Assembly (NCBI RefSeq): GCF_009914755.1
Contig: NC_060928.1
From: the human T2T-CHM13v2.0 reference genome, Homo sapiens
Strand: one strand, 5' to 3'
DNA: 64,000 nt
The position numbers were made by a program, and so were the translations under genes. This document shows, in pieces, positions 45,421 to 58,854 of this stretch; position 1 is the first letter of the stretch; each line of letters begins with the position of its first letter. The notes under the pieces are model-generated. The model was given only the letters and a program-made list of their open reading frames with translations. It had not been told where the DNA came from and did not search any database.

Positions 45421-46510
45421 TTCTTCAAATATGTTTTCGGTCCATCCTTCTCACATCTTCTTCTGAAATTGTATGTATCTTAGGCCCCTGGGGTGTCCCA
45501 CACCTCACTGATATTTTATTCTATTTTTCTGGTCTTTTTTCTCTCCAACTTATCTAGTTTCTATTGTTATGCATTCATGTTGAAAAACCCAAAATATTAG
45601 TTTTTGTTGATCCACTTTATGGTACATTTGCTTTCCAATTCATTAATTCCTACTCATATTTTTATTGTTTTCTTCCTTCAACTTTTTGGGGGTTTATTAT
45701 TTATTTTTTCTGCCTTATTGAGATGGTTGTTCTAGTAATTAAGTTTGAACCATTCTTTTTCCTGCCTGATATATGCATTTTAGAGCTATAAATTTTACCG
45801 TTAAGATTGGCTTTAATTATATTGCCAGTTTTGGTACTGCATATTTTTGCTATCATTCAGTTAAAACTATTTGCTGATTGTCATTATGATTACTTCTTTG
45901 ACACATAAGTTACTGTAGTTTAAAATGTATCAGCATAGAGCTATCTTTTAGTTTTTTTTTTGTTTAGATTAATTCCTCTTTGATCAAGAGACACACTCTG
46001 TATCACTTAAATCATTTAAAACCTGTTGAGACTTGCTTTATGACACAGGCTATGATCTATGATAGTAACGAATTCTTATCTACCTGAAAATAGTTCACTT
46101 TCTGTAGTTGAGATAGTTCACTTTCTGTAGTTGAGGTGCAGTGTTCCACATATTTCCATTAAATTGTTTGTTAATCATATTGATTTATGCTACATCAATA
46201 CCTATATTTTGTCAACTAATGAGAAAGGTATATTAAAATTTTCATGAGAATTGTGGATTTGTGTTTTTCACTAAATGTTTGCTTTATATATTTTCATGCT
46301 ATATGATAACGTAAAATTTTTAACTTGTTTTATTTTCCTGGAAAATTAAATATTTTAGTATTATGAAATGTTCCTATTTATTTCGATTTAGTTTTTTTTG
46401 CCTTAAATTCTACTTTTTCTGATATAGATGTATTTATTTCAGGGTATATCCTTTTTCACTCTTTTAAATTTAACTGTTGTATGTCTTTTTTAAGCAACAT
46501 ATAGTTTGGT

Positions 46511-46533
46511 TGTGTGTGTGTGTGTGTGTGTGT
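46511..46533. repeat. (TG)n microsatellite
   Basis: Read directly. Confidence 0.92.
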
Positions 46534-47152
46534 GATCATTAGTTTCTATTAATAAGATCATGTCATCTGAGAACAGAGATCATTTTACTACTTCCTTCTC
46601 TATATGACTGCTTTTAATTTCTTTTTCTTTCCTGATTGCTCTGAATAGAACTTTCAGTATTATATTCAATAGAAGTGATGAGAGTGGACATCATTTGCTT
46701 TGTAGGAAAAGCTTTCAACTTTGTACTGTTGACTATAAAGTTACTTGTGGACTTTTCATATATGAACTTTATTATTTGGGGCAATTTTTAAAAATTTATA
46801 GTTTATTGAGCATTTTTATCCTGAAAAGATGTTAAATTTTGTCAAATGTTTTTCTGCAACAATTGAGATAATCATGTGGCTATTGACCTTCATTCTGTTA
46901 ATGTGGTATATTATATTGATTGATTTTCCTATGTTGAACCATCTCGCATTCCACAAATAAATGCCACTTGAAACAAGATGTCTAATCCTCTTAATGTGTT
47001 ATTGAATTTGGCTTGCTAATATTTTGTTGAACGTATTTGCATCAATATTCATTAAGAATATCAGTCTGCAGTGTTCTTTTCTTGTAGTTTTTGTGAATGA
47101 TTTTGGTATCTGCCTAATTTTAGTCTCATAGAATGCATTTGAAAGTGTTCCT

Positions 47153-47440
47153 GGCTGGGTGTGGTGGCTCACACCTGTAATCCCAGGACGTTGGGAGGCT
47201 CAGGTGGGTGGATCATGAGATCAGGAGTGCAAGACCAGCCTGGCCAAGATGGTGAAATCCCGTCTCTACTAAAAATACGAAAATTACCCGGGCATGGTAG
47301 TGGGTGCCTGTAATCCCAGCTACTCGGGAGGCTGATGCAGAGAACTGCTTGGACCTGGGAGGTGGAGTTTGCAGTGAGCCGAGATTGTGCCACTGCACTC
47401 CAGCCTGGGCAACAGGGCAAGACCCTGTCAAAAAAAAAAA
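47153..47440 (+). mobile_element. AluS (Sg-like) SINE
   Basis: Full Alu; TSD aaagtgttcct/aaagtgtttcct. Confidence 0.93.
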
Positions 47441-47774
47441 AGTGTTTCCTTCTCTTTATTTTTTTATAAGAGTTTGAGGAGGATTGGTGTTAATTCTTCT
47501 TTAATTTTTGGTGGAATGCTTTAATGAGGCCATCTGGACCTGAGCTTTTCTTTGTTGGGAGGTTTATTTTATGTCATTATTTTATTTTATTTTTAGGGCT
47601 GTTTTAACTGCTAGGCTCTTTGATAACAGTATCTGGGGCCTAAAATATTTCCAAGGGCCTAGTGAAATCTTTGAGATCTCAAACACAGAATTATTGCCTC
47701 CATTATACAAAAAAATCAGCAAAATCTAAATTGATAAATGATTCCCTAATGTGTCTACAAAATGCATACAACCT

Positions 47775-47840
47775 TAAAATCCATTAAGGTCTGAAACACT
47801 TCTGATCCCAAGCACTTTGATAAGGGATATTCAACTTGTA
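47775..47840. mobile_element. Tigger4/MER46-like terminal fragment
   Basis: ctgaaacacttctgatcccaagcactttgataagggatattcaacttg|ta. Confidence 0.7.
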
Positions 47841-48484
47841 TCACTTTTATAACTTTTGATAAATTTTTATAAGTTTTTATAACTTTTATAATTTTATAAC
47901 TTATAATCTATAAATTCAGTTAACATAGGATGTGGGGGCAATTCAATGTTTGAGAAGGGGGACCTAAAGTCAGAAGGCCTAAAACTAACAAAGGCCTTAA
48001 AACAGCCTGTATTCCAACAACAAACATACTCTATCTTCTTTTCAATTGACCTTCACTCAAACAGTTTTCCTTTTCCCAAAATGACTCCTCCCTTCTTTGC
48101 AGCTGGTGCTTACTCCTCAAAACTTATTCAGTACTAGACAAAAAACTCTGCCTCCTCAGAAGGCTCCACCTTTTGTGGTTTGAAACTTCCTTTATCATGT
48201 TCTGTCTTGATGGTAAAACCTCATAAACATTTAGCCTTCCCCTGGGTGCTAGAGGCTCTGTTCAGCATGGAGAGAGGTTCTTTGCCCTGAAAGATTTCAC
48301 TGTTGAGTTAGAGAAGCAGGCAAATCCACATGAAAAAAAAATCAGTATTAAAATGACTTTCCAGTGGATGGCAAGTCTTCTTTGGCTTTCTCTTTCTTGA
48401 GAATTACATGAATTTGTAGGACTTCTTTTATTTAGTTTATTAAGTTGGACAACTCCTCCTAGCTGGAGCCATTGCCCTCAGATG

Positions 48485-48516
<32 letters not shown>

Positions 48517-48559
48517 TCTAGAGAGAGAGACAGAGAGGTTGTTTTCAGTATTTTCAGTA

Positions 48560-50215
48560 TATGACAATATTTTGTGTGTGTGTACACCATATATATATAT
48601 ACATATGGTGTACAATGTGATGTTTTGAGATATACATGTATTGTGGAATGATTAAATCAAGCTGATTAACATATGATCTCACATACTTATTAGTTTTTTT
48701 GTGGTCAGAACATTTAAAATCTACTCTCTTAGTGATTTTCAAGTAGAAAATACATTATTATTAATTATAGACACTAGGTTGTAAAATAGGTCTCCAGAAG
48801 GTATTCCTCCTGTCTAACTGAAACTTTGTATAATTTGACCAACATCTTCTCATTCCCACCCTACCCAACTCCCCACCTCCAGCTTCTAGTAACTACCATT
48901 CTACTCTCTATCTCTATGAGTTCAACATGTTTAGATTCCACATGTAAGGGAAAACTTGCAATATTTGTCTTCCTGTGCCAGACGTATTTCAGTTAGCATA
49001 ATGACCTCTAAGTTTATCCACGCTTTCGCAAATGACAGGTTTTCCTTTTTCTTTCCAGGCAAAATAGTATACTATTGTGTATATATACCACATTTTCTTT
49101 ACCTCTTCATCTGTTAATGGACACTTAGGTTGATTCCATATCTTGTCTATTGTGAATATTGCTGTGATGAACATGAGAATTAAATATCCCTTTGACACAC
49201 TAATTTTATTTCCTTGGATATGTACCCAGAAGTGGGATTACTGGATCATATGATAGCTATAATTTTAATTTTGGGGGAATATCCATACAGTTTTCCACAA
49301 TGGCTACACTATTTTATATTTCCATCAACAGTATACAAGATTTCTCTTTTCTCTATATCTTTGACAGCACTTTTTATCTCTCATCTTTTTGATAATGGCC
49401 ATTCTAACAGGTATGAGGTGATAACTCATAGTGGTTTTAATTTGCATTTCCTTGATGATTAGTAATGTTGGGAATATTTTCATATGTCTGTTGGCCATTT
49501 GTATGTCTTTTTTTGTGAAATGTCCATTCAGGTCCTTGGCCCATTTTAAAATTGGGTTATTTGTTTCTTTGCTATTACATTGTTTGAGTTCCTTATATAT
49601 TTTGTATGTTAACCTCTTAACATTTGTATGGTTTGCAAATATTTTCTTCCATTTTATAGGTGTATTAGTCTGTTCTCACACTTGTAATAAAGACATACCT
49701 GAGACTGGGTAATTTATGAAATAAGAGGTTTACTTGAATCACAATTCCACATGGCAGGGGAGGCGTCACAATCATGGCTGAAGGCTAATGAGGAGCAAAG
49801 TCACGTCTTACATGATGGCAGGCAAGACAGCTTGTGCAAGGTAACTGCCTTTTATAAAACCATCAGGTCTCATGAAACTTATTCACTGTCACAAGAACAG
49901 TATGGAAAAGACCTGCCCTCATGATTCAGTTACCTCCCTCCAGGTCCCTCCCATGACACGTGGAAATTATGGGAGCTACAATTCAAGTGAGATTTGAGTG
50001 GGGACACAGCCAAACCATTATCAATAGGTTATCTCTTCACCCCGTTGATTGTTTCCTTTTCTGCACTGAAGCCTTTTCATTTGATACAATCTCATTTGTC
50101 TAATTATGCTTTTGTTGCCTTTGCTTTTGATGTTATATCTGAAAAATCATTGCACAGACTAATGTCAAGAAGCATTTCTCCTAGGTTTTCTTCTAGTAGG
50201 TTTACAATTTAGGTC
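48560..50215 (-). mobile_element. L1MA (about MA7-8) 3' fragment interrupted by THE1
   Basis: Reverse 3'UTR ggtgtacaatgtgatgttttg...attaaatcaagct; ORF2 remnant IWNQPKCP. Confidence 0.85.
49661..50023 (-). mobile_element. THE1 (MaLR) solo LTR, THE1B/C-like
   Basis: tgtattagtctgttctcac...gggacacagccaaaccattatca; perfect 5-bp TSD ATAGG at 49656 and 50024. Confidence 0.95.
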
Positions 50216-50219
50216 TTTT

Positions 50220-50790
50220 GAAAATGTAAATAATATCATATCATTGCTCTGCTCTCAACTCTCCATCACATTGTGTATCCAATTAGAATAAAATTCACTG
50301 TCCTTACCATGGCCTATGTAGCCCTGTCTGGACTGACCCCTTCTTCCTGCTCTAATGGCATGTGCTATCTTTTCTTCCCTTCATTCCTTCCAATCAACCA
50401 CAGATGACTCCTCTTTATTCAAACAACTTAAATCCACCCACATATCAGCACCTGTGCACTTTGTATTTCCTCTTTGAATTCTCTCCCAGATATCCATATG
50501 TTCACTTCTTGACTTTATTTAGTTCTCTTTCCAAATGGCACTTGTTCAGAGAGGGATTCTTTGAACACCTTATGAAAATTGGCACTACCATCACCACTTG
50601 CTTTTTTTTACTGTTTTATTATTATTTAGAGTATCACTGATATTGAATTATTAATATTTAACTTATTTATCTTTTTCATCCACTAGAAGGTAAATTTCAT
50701 GATAGCATGGTCTGTCTAATATACAACGATTTATCACAATCCGGAATAGTTCCAGGTACATAGATAATCCTCTGAAAGATTTTTAGTAAA
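50220..50790 (+). mobile_element. L2 3' fragment
   Basis: ttagaataaaattc...tccttaccatggccta, ccactagaaggtaaatttcatga. Confidence 0.65.
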
Positions 50791-52769
50791 TAAGATAATT
50801 TTTAATTCAAAAAGCCCACATTTTTTAAATAATAAAGTCAGAGCACTAGATTAATGAGAAGTTCTATCTTAAAAATTCTAGGATTCTAGAAATTGTTTCC
50901 TTTTAAATAGGAAAAATACACACCCCTCTAAAAGAATGGGAAAAGATTAGAGAGAAATGTTTTGAGTCTGATCTTCTTTTTTGATCTGAATTCCAACTTT
51001 CTAGGGAATAAAGCAACAAATCTCACTAACTTTTCTACTCTAAATTAAACCTGTATTTGTTTTCATCTTTAGATGAAATACCCACAATGTACTTGTCTGA
51101 TATTTCCTATCCAAGGAACCATTGCCCAGATGTTTAAGAGGGAGCTGAATCTTCAGCTGTTCAACATTTAACCAACAGTAGATTGTTTTGTTTTGTCTCT
51201 ATCTCTCTGTCCTGTATCCATTAATCCTAACAGTGTTTATGTGTGATGGGCGGAAAGGGAGTGGTGCTCTGCTAACCAGGAATCTGGGAGAGGTCCCGGT
51301 TTCATCACTTGGCAAATGGAAATGTGTGCAAACACATTATATCAAGTAGGGTCCATGTTGGGCAATAAGCACCTTGAGAAAAGAGAGGGATCTAGGGAAT
51401 AATGGCTGACCCAGAAATAAATGTAATAATAAATTCTAAAAAATTTTGTATAAAACTTGTTTGTCAAATAACAAAAGCAATGGACAACAGTAAATACGCT
51501 TATTTCATTATCCTGCTTTCCAGAGTGTTTCATTTCTTAAGAAAATGGCTTTGATGTATTTTTTAAACTACTTGGAAGAAAGCCATTTTAAACTGAGTTT
51601 AGAAGCTAAATCAATACAACAGTCCCCAGAACTGAGACGCAGAGAGCATTCTACTTCATGAATTGAAGTGGAATTAAAAGTCTTAACTGACTCATGGGCT
51701 GACCACATACTTCTGAAATGTATGTAATAGGTTTAATAAATCACAGTCCGTGAATGACATCTTCTTCCTCACAAGTCACTGAATGGGTGAGTATTTAGTG
51801 CAGGATACAAATTATTTGAGTCTAATTTTCCAGAAGCTGCTATACACTTTGCAGATATATATATAGTAGTTTTATTTTTATATTATAGGGGCCATCATAT
51901 TATACGTAGATGAATTTTGGTTTCCTGAAGGTGCCTTTTAGATATATATTACTTACAAAATAGGTTCTACTTATCAGAAACCAAACCACTACTACACGAA
52001 AATGTTATCCATATGAAGAAGAGATGATTCTGCTCTTCAAATTCCTCTACGGGGTGACTGTCCCATTAAAAAGAAGTAGTAGTTTACAATTATGGTGTGA
52101 AATTAGACTCCTTCTAGGCAAACTTCTGTATGTTGTGCTTGAGATGATTACAATAAAAAAGAGACAATTTATGTTTCTGAAGTTTCTAGACAAGAGTAGG
52201 TCTTGGATAGCCACAATTTCTACTTGTCATCTCTTTCTACCTTAGAGATTTCCCAAGAAAAGACTTAGACATTATGAGTCATCTGTAGCCATTTCTTAGT
52301 AAGGACTATGGATACACCAAAAATGCTTCCATTACTTATATTCCTAACTCTTCCAGTCAAGTGTGTTTACTATACATAGAAATTACTTATATCATGGAGT
52401 CCAGAATGTGAGAAGTACCTGTTGTGAGAAAACTGGAACTGGAAAGCTGTCAGAAATTATGGGAGTTCTAGCTTCTACTTGTCTCTCTGCCTCGCACAAA
52501 CATTTTAATTTTGCTCACAGGGTATTCCTATCTCCCAATATACTCTCCATTCTTTTCTGTCAATTTGTTTACTCATAATAACTGCTTCTGGATGCCATAG
52601 GTATGCACATGAATTGCCAGGACTACCGCAGACTCCCACTACTAAACTTCGCACCTTCAATTCCCGTAGCTAACTCTGCTGTTTGTTTGTTGGGTTTTCT
52701 AGTTCAAACTACTCAGAAAGAAAATTTGATTGGCTAAGCTCATCATTTTCTTTCCTTCTGTTTTTCAAC

Positions 52770-54440
52770 AAAGCTTTATAAAAAATATGATTTACACACC
52801 ATTAAATGCACTCATTTTAAGAATACAAGTAATAATTTTTAGTAAATTTGTAGAGTTGTGCAACCATCATCATAACATAATCTAGTTTTAGAACAGCTCC
52901 ATCAAATGAAAAACTCCTGTGAGCTTATTTAGAGTCAATCCCCACTCCCATCTCCAGCTGCAGGCAACCACTTACCTGCTTTCTGTCCCTATAAACTGTC
53001 TTTTCTGCATATTTACTGTAAGTGGAATCATACCACATGTCATGTTTTGTGTATGGCTTCTTTCATTGAGTATAATGTTTTTGAGGTTCATACTTTATTA
53101 CAATAGCTTTAGAATAAGTTTTGAAATTGGGTTGTGTCCTCTAACTTTGTTCTTTTTCAAAAGTGTTTTGACTATTCCAGGTCCTTTTTATTTCCGTACA
53201 AATCTAGGGTCATCTTATCAATTTCTTTAAAAGAACTGGGATTCTGGTAGGGATTGCATTAAATATATTAATCAATTATTGATCAACTTGGAGAGAATTA
53301 TCATTTAAAATATTGAGGTTTCTAATCTATAAACATGTAATGTATCTTTAGATATTTAATTTCTCACCAAAATAGTTTATAGTTTAGTGTATAAATCTTG
53401 CACTTCTATTGTTAAATTTATTTCTACATATTTTATACTTTTTGATGCTATTGAAGATGGAATTATTTTCTTAATTTTATTTTGGATCACCACTGTTAAC
53501 ATATAAAAATATAATTTATTTTAATATATTTTATATCATGTGCTACAAACCGCTCTTTAGTGGTTTTAGTTTTATAGTGAATCCTTGGAATTTTCTACGT
53601 AGATAATTATGTAGTCTTCTAATAAAAAATGTTTTATTTCTTCCTTTTCAATCTAAATGTATCTATGTATTATCCATTGTTGAATTGTACTATCTAAAAC
53701 CTCTGGCTATAATGTTGAATAAAACTGATAAGAACAGACATCTTTGGTATGTTCCAGATCTTAAGGGGAAAACATTAAGTCTTTCATTATTAGGTATGAT
53801 GTTAGCTGTAGGCTTTTTGTATATGCCCTTTATCAAGTTGAGGAAATTTCATTACATTTCTAGTTTATTGAGAGTTTTTAATATGAGTGAATGTTAGATT
53901 TTGTCGAATGCTCCTTCTACATGTACTGATTTTACTAATATGTTGTATTACTTTCTTTGGTTTTCATATGTTAAACTAATCTTGCATTTCTGGGATAAAT
54001 CTGACTTGTTCATATTTTATATTCCTTTTTACTTGTTACTGATTTTTTTGCAATATTTTATCGAGGATATTTGCATCTATGTCTAAGAGCCATATTGGTC
54101 TATAGTTTTCTTTACTTGCTTTTTCTTTTCATTCTTTTCTTGCTTTGGTGTCAGGGTAACATTAGCCTCTGATAATTATTTGTGCAGTGTTTTCCCCTCC
54201 TTTACTTTCTAAAAGAGTTTGGGAAGAGTTGGTATGATTTATTTCTGAAATGCTTTATAGAATTGACAATTGAAGCCATCATGGCTTGGGGTTTTCTTCA
54301 TAGGAATATTTTTAGTTCCTATTTCAATTTCTTTAATCATTATAGGTTTTTTCAGATTTCCATATCTTCTTGAGTCAGTTTTAGCAATTTATTTCTTTCT
54401 AACAATTTTTTCATTTCATCTAAGTTGTCTAATTTTTTGG
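52770..54440 (-). mobile_element. L1MB/MC-type fragment with an internal jump near 53050
   Basis: Reverse 3'UTR (agagttgtgcaaccatca, gcaggcaaccact) followed by reverse ORF2 text. Confidence 0.75.
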
Positions 54441-54708
54441 CTGAGCTCTCCTTTTAGTGCCAGGTAATATCATAGATTACTGCCCAGTCTTGCATTAATC
54501 TTCCTTGTGACCCATTCCTTTGTGGCTGCAGTGGGATAGGGTATCACTGTAAAAGATGAGGCTGCCAAATGATTGTTCTATTGGGTAGAGATTAAGAGAC
54601 AATTTAAGCAGAGCATAATTCCTTGGCAGTTGTATGCTGGAAAACATTCTGAAACTAGTTTTATGCAACACACTAGTTTAACACTTCAGCACAAATCCTC
54701 ATACTTAC

Positions 54709-54825
54709 TCTTGGGTTTGGAACTTTGTAATGTTGAAACAGCATTTGGAAGTGTAACACTTGTTACTGTTACGTTTGAAATGATGGAGTCATTCTTCCTG
54801 ACATCAGTGGTTGTGGCTTTCAATC
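54709..54825 (-). CDS. EMCN: Endomucin mucin-stalk exon (about exon 4), (G)LKATTTDVRKNDSIISNVTVTSVTLPNAVSTLQSSKPK
   Basis: cattctttttatag|GATTGAAAG...CCCAAGA|gtaagt; 117 nt, phase 1-1; T/S-rich; sequons NDS and NVT. Confidence 0.97.
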
Positions 54826-55019
54826 CTATAAAAAGAATGAACAGTCATCAGGAGTATAACAAATCACCAGATCATCTTATTAATATTCATATTAATATCC
54901 AACTAAAACTTGAAGATTAATTTCTAGAAGTCTTCTGACTAAGCCTTAGAAATCCAGCATTTTAACATTCACCTTTTGGTGATATAATTAATTACTTTAA
55001 AGAATGTGGAGGGACATTA

Positions 55020-55200
55020 ACTTTCTTGTGTACATGCTGTAGGTTATCTCACTTGATTGTCATGGTAATCTTACGAATTAAGTAATCATGATGATGATGA
55101 TTTTATATATAAGACTCAGAGGAATTAAATAATTTCCCCACGGTCACATAACTTATAATAGGAGAGAACAATGACCTGAATTCAAGCCTTTCTGATGCAA
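55020..55200 (-). mobile_element. MIR fragment
   Basis: gactcagaggaattaaataatttccccacggtcacataact. Confidence 0.6.
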
Positions 55201-56682
55201 AAGTTAATCACTCAGCTGCCCTGGGAAAAGAAAGGTAAGGATGTGGTAGTAATTAAGTATGGCACTATTGTTCTCATGCCACTTGGGAAAATATTTTCAA
55301 GCAGGTGGAATAGTCAGGGGATGAGGGATAATTGGACATAAATGGAATACACTTTTAATTATACTTAGTTCATTTTTCTTTGAAAAAAAATTTACAACAA
55401 AAATATAGGCTGAGCTTTTCAAAGATAACATTGGAATAAGATGACTTGAAACAACTTATATTTGCCCATATATTCTGAAAAAAAATCGATGCCCTTCAGT
55501 TTTTTTCAGTCTAATGTGGAAACATTGGGCCAGTGAAGAAAATGCAGACATGCCATTTACTGCATGCTTGGTGTTAGCTGGATGTGATGCTAGCTGGAGA
55601 TGAGGGGAAAGCAGTTTAGTAGATCTCTAACACAGAGTAGAATGGAGCAAGAATTGCTGGTGTTTTCTAGAAGTGCAGTCAACTTCCATTCTATGTCAAC
55701 AAGCATCTACTGTGTAATACAAATTCTTAGTGCAGTTGAGGAAGTCATGCTGAAGAAAGGGATCATTTGCAAGAAGACTTCATAGACAGTAGATAAATAC
55801 ATTTTCCTTCAGGTAAAAAGCCTTTGGGAATTAGTGTGCAAACAAAATGAAACAAATTCAAATGTAGTCTACAGTGTTAATCCTGCATATGAGAGAGAAT
55901 GACTGGAAATAGCCACACATTTCAGAGGTATCATGAAGTGTTAAATTGGGAGGAAAATATGTGAAGTAGAGATAATGCCTTATTACAGCAAGAAAGCAGA
56001 AGTTGGTATTCGTGTTAGCATGGAAGTGGGACAGGTCACCCAAGGTGCAGAAACTCAACATTTGAGGATGGAGGAACTCCTGGGGGTAAAGATTTTGCTT
56101 CCCACTGGAATTCCAACATATGTTGGGGAAAGATCAGAACAGGAGTTTCTCTTCAGAAATTTTTGGAGAAAAATTCTTCAGCTGAGCTAAAATTGGAAAG
56201 CATGAAAAAGCTATCCTGAAGGCCTAAAGAGTTCCCTAGTATCAAGCAGACTCAACAGTCTTGGTGGAGGGAAAGAATATATATAGCTAAGAAAGATGTG
56301 GAGGGCTGCCAGATTGGAAATATGCAAAGAAAGGAGAAAAATAATGGAATAGCTGGGAATGCAATGCCAAAGATTTTGCTTAGAGAATTGCCTATTATAA
56401 ATGTGGAATATACTTCACAAATGAGAATTAGAGCCTACACTCAATGTAGGACAGGTTGTCAATTATACTACATGAAGTAGGCCTTGGAGCAAATCTTGAA
56501 TGTTTAAGATAAATCAAAATGTTTTAAAATATTCATGGTAAACTCAAACTGAATAGAATAAAAGATGCTGCCACAGCCACAAATTTTTAAACTTTACTAA
56601 TATACAGAAATGCTTCAAATCCTAGTCTCAGGAGAGAAGAATCTATGCATGGTTGACTAACATTTATTAAGATATGAGAATC

Positions 56683-57008
<326 letters not shown>

Positions 57009-57944
57009 TTAACATCTTTTTGAGAAAATTTTTCCAGTTGTATTTATAGTTAACACATAGTTTATTCCAAACTACTGCCAATGAGTAATTCACACCTTCA
57101 GAGAAAAAGTAAATCAATCTTAAAGCTGGTCTTTAAATCTAAATACTTTCTACTTTCCCCTACAAAACAATATGTACCTGCTGTCATCTACAGTTATGAA
57201 TTGCACTATAATCCTAGGCAATAGTGCATGCATTAGGTTTCACAAACATAATTTTTCTGGAGAAATATTAATTTATAAGAGAATTGCATCAAGATACATT
57301 GGCTTTACATTTATGACTTGTGTTTTTAAGATTCATGTATGTTTAAATCGTAGCTTTTGGTATAGGTGGGACACATTAAAGACAAAACATAATGAATTTA
57401 TCCATATTTGAGTTGGAAAAAATAAGAATTTAACACAAGAGATGCTTGAGGGAGTCGTATCAGTACCAGATTGTAAATGGAGAAAAGAAACCTTGATTCC
57501 AAGCATGTCCTTAGGTGAAAACCACTGCATAGGGCTGAGAGAAATGTGGGAGAGGGTCTGTTTTATAATGATCTTGGAATTGTTAACGTGTAATTTATTT
57601 TGTATATTTTGAGGAATTAAGTTTATTGAGGAAAACAATAAATCAGGACATTAACTATATTAGGAATCTAATGTGTAGTTACCAATTAACATGAAGAGAT
57701 GGTTTGTGGTCATGGATTTTAATTTTATAGGGAGGGAGATTGGCAGCTTTATTCCTTTGGAATTACATAATTTGAATTACAGCATTGTTTTATCTGATGC
57801 CCATAGGAAAAATGTCTGACCACTTTGTCTTAAGAAATAGAATAAAAGGTAAGAGACTTTTGACAAGGTTAGCATTTACTAAAATACATGCTGTAGACTA
57901 CTAGTACTGTGGTATATTTGGTTTTACATGAATAAAAGATGCTC

Positions 57945-58850
57945 TTAAAATATTTAGGAATAAATTTAATCAAGGAAATGAAAGAGCTGCACAGTGAAAA
58001 CTATAAAACATTAATAAAAAAACTGAAGAATTCACAAATAAATGAAAAGATATCCTATGTTCATGGATTAAAATAATTAATATTAAAATGTCCATATTAC
58101 CCAAATCAATATATAGATTTTTAAAAATCCCTATCAAAATTCACATGTTATTGTTTACAGAAATAGAAAAAAAAATTGTATGGAAACACAAAAGATCCTG
58201 AATAGCAAAACAATCTTGAGAAAGAAAAATAAAAGTAGAGGCATCACACTTCCTAATTATTTAAAATTATATCACAAAGCTACAGTAATCCAAACAGTAT
58301 AATACTGGCATGAAAACAGACACATAGACCAGTGGAAGAAAATAAAGAGTCCAGATATAAATCTAAACATATATGGTCAATTAATTTTCAACAAGGGCAC
58401 CAAGAGGTTACTATAAAGAAAGGATAGTCTCTTCAATACATTGCACTGGGGAAACTGTGCTACCACATGCAAAAGAATGAAATTGCACCCTTATTTGACA
58501 CAACACACAAAAATCAACTCTAAATGGATAAAAGACCTAAATGTAATATCTGAAATCATAAACCTCCAGAAGAGAAGATAGGGGCAAATCTCCTTCACAT
58601 TGGCCTCAGCAATTATTTCTGGATATTACATCAAAAGCTCAGGCTATGGCCTCAGCAATTATTTTTGGATATTACATCAAAAGCTCAGCTACAAAAGCAA
58701 AAGTAAATAAATGGGACTACATCAAACTAAAAACCTAGTGCACAGCAAAGGAAACAATTAGCAAAATGAAAAAGCAGCTTACAAATTGAGAAAAATAATT
58801 TGTAAATTATATATCTGATAAGGAGTTAATAGTCAAAGTTTATAAAATAA
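57945..58850 (+). mobile_element. L1MA-type ORF2 fragment
   Basis: aaatgtccatattacccaaa, gaggcatcacacttcct, aaatgggactacatcaaacta. Confidence 0.85.
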
Positions 58851-58854
58851 TTAT

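Larger units (their letters stand above)
44140..47570 (-). mobile_element. Mosaic of old L1M fragments
   Basis: T-rich reverse L1 ORF1/ORF2-like text (e.g. tcattctgttaatgtggtatattatattgattgatttt); boundaries approximate. Confidence 0.6.

Noticed and set aside
47845-47905. Degenerate about 11-bp tttataac repeats as a functional array
   Set aside because: Low-complexity AT slippage without unique spacers; not CRISPR-like
54573-54920. 115-aa plus ORF
   Set aside because: Antisense shadow of EMCN exon 4 with a non-ATG start and no other support
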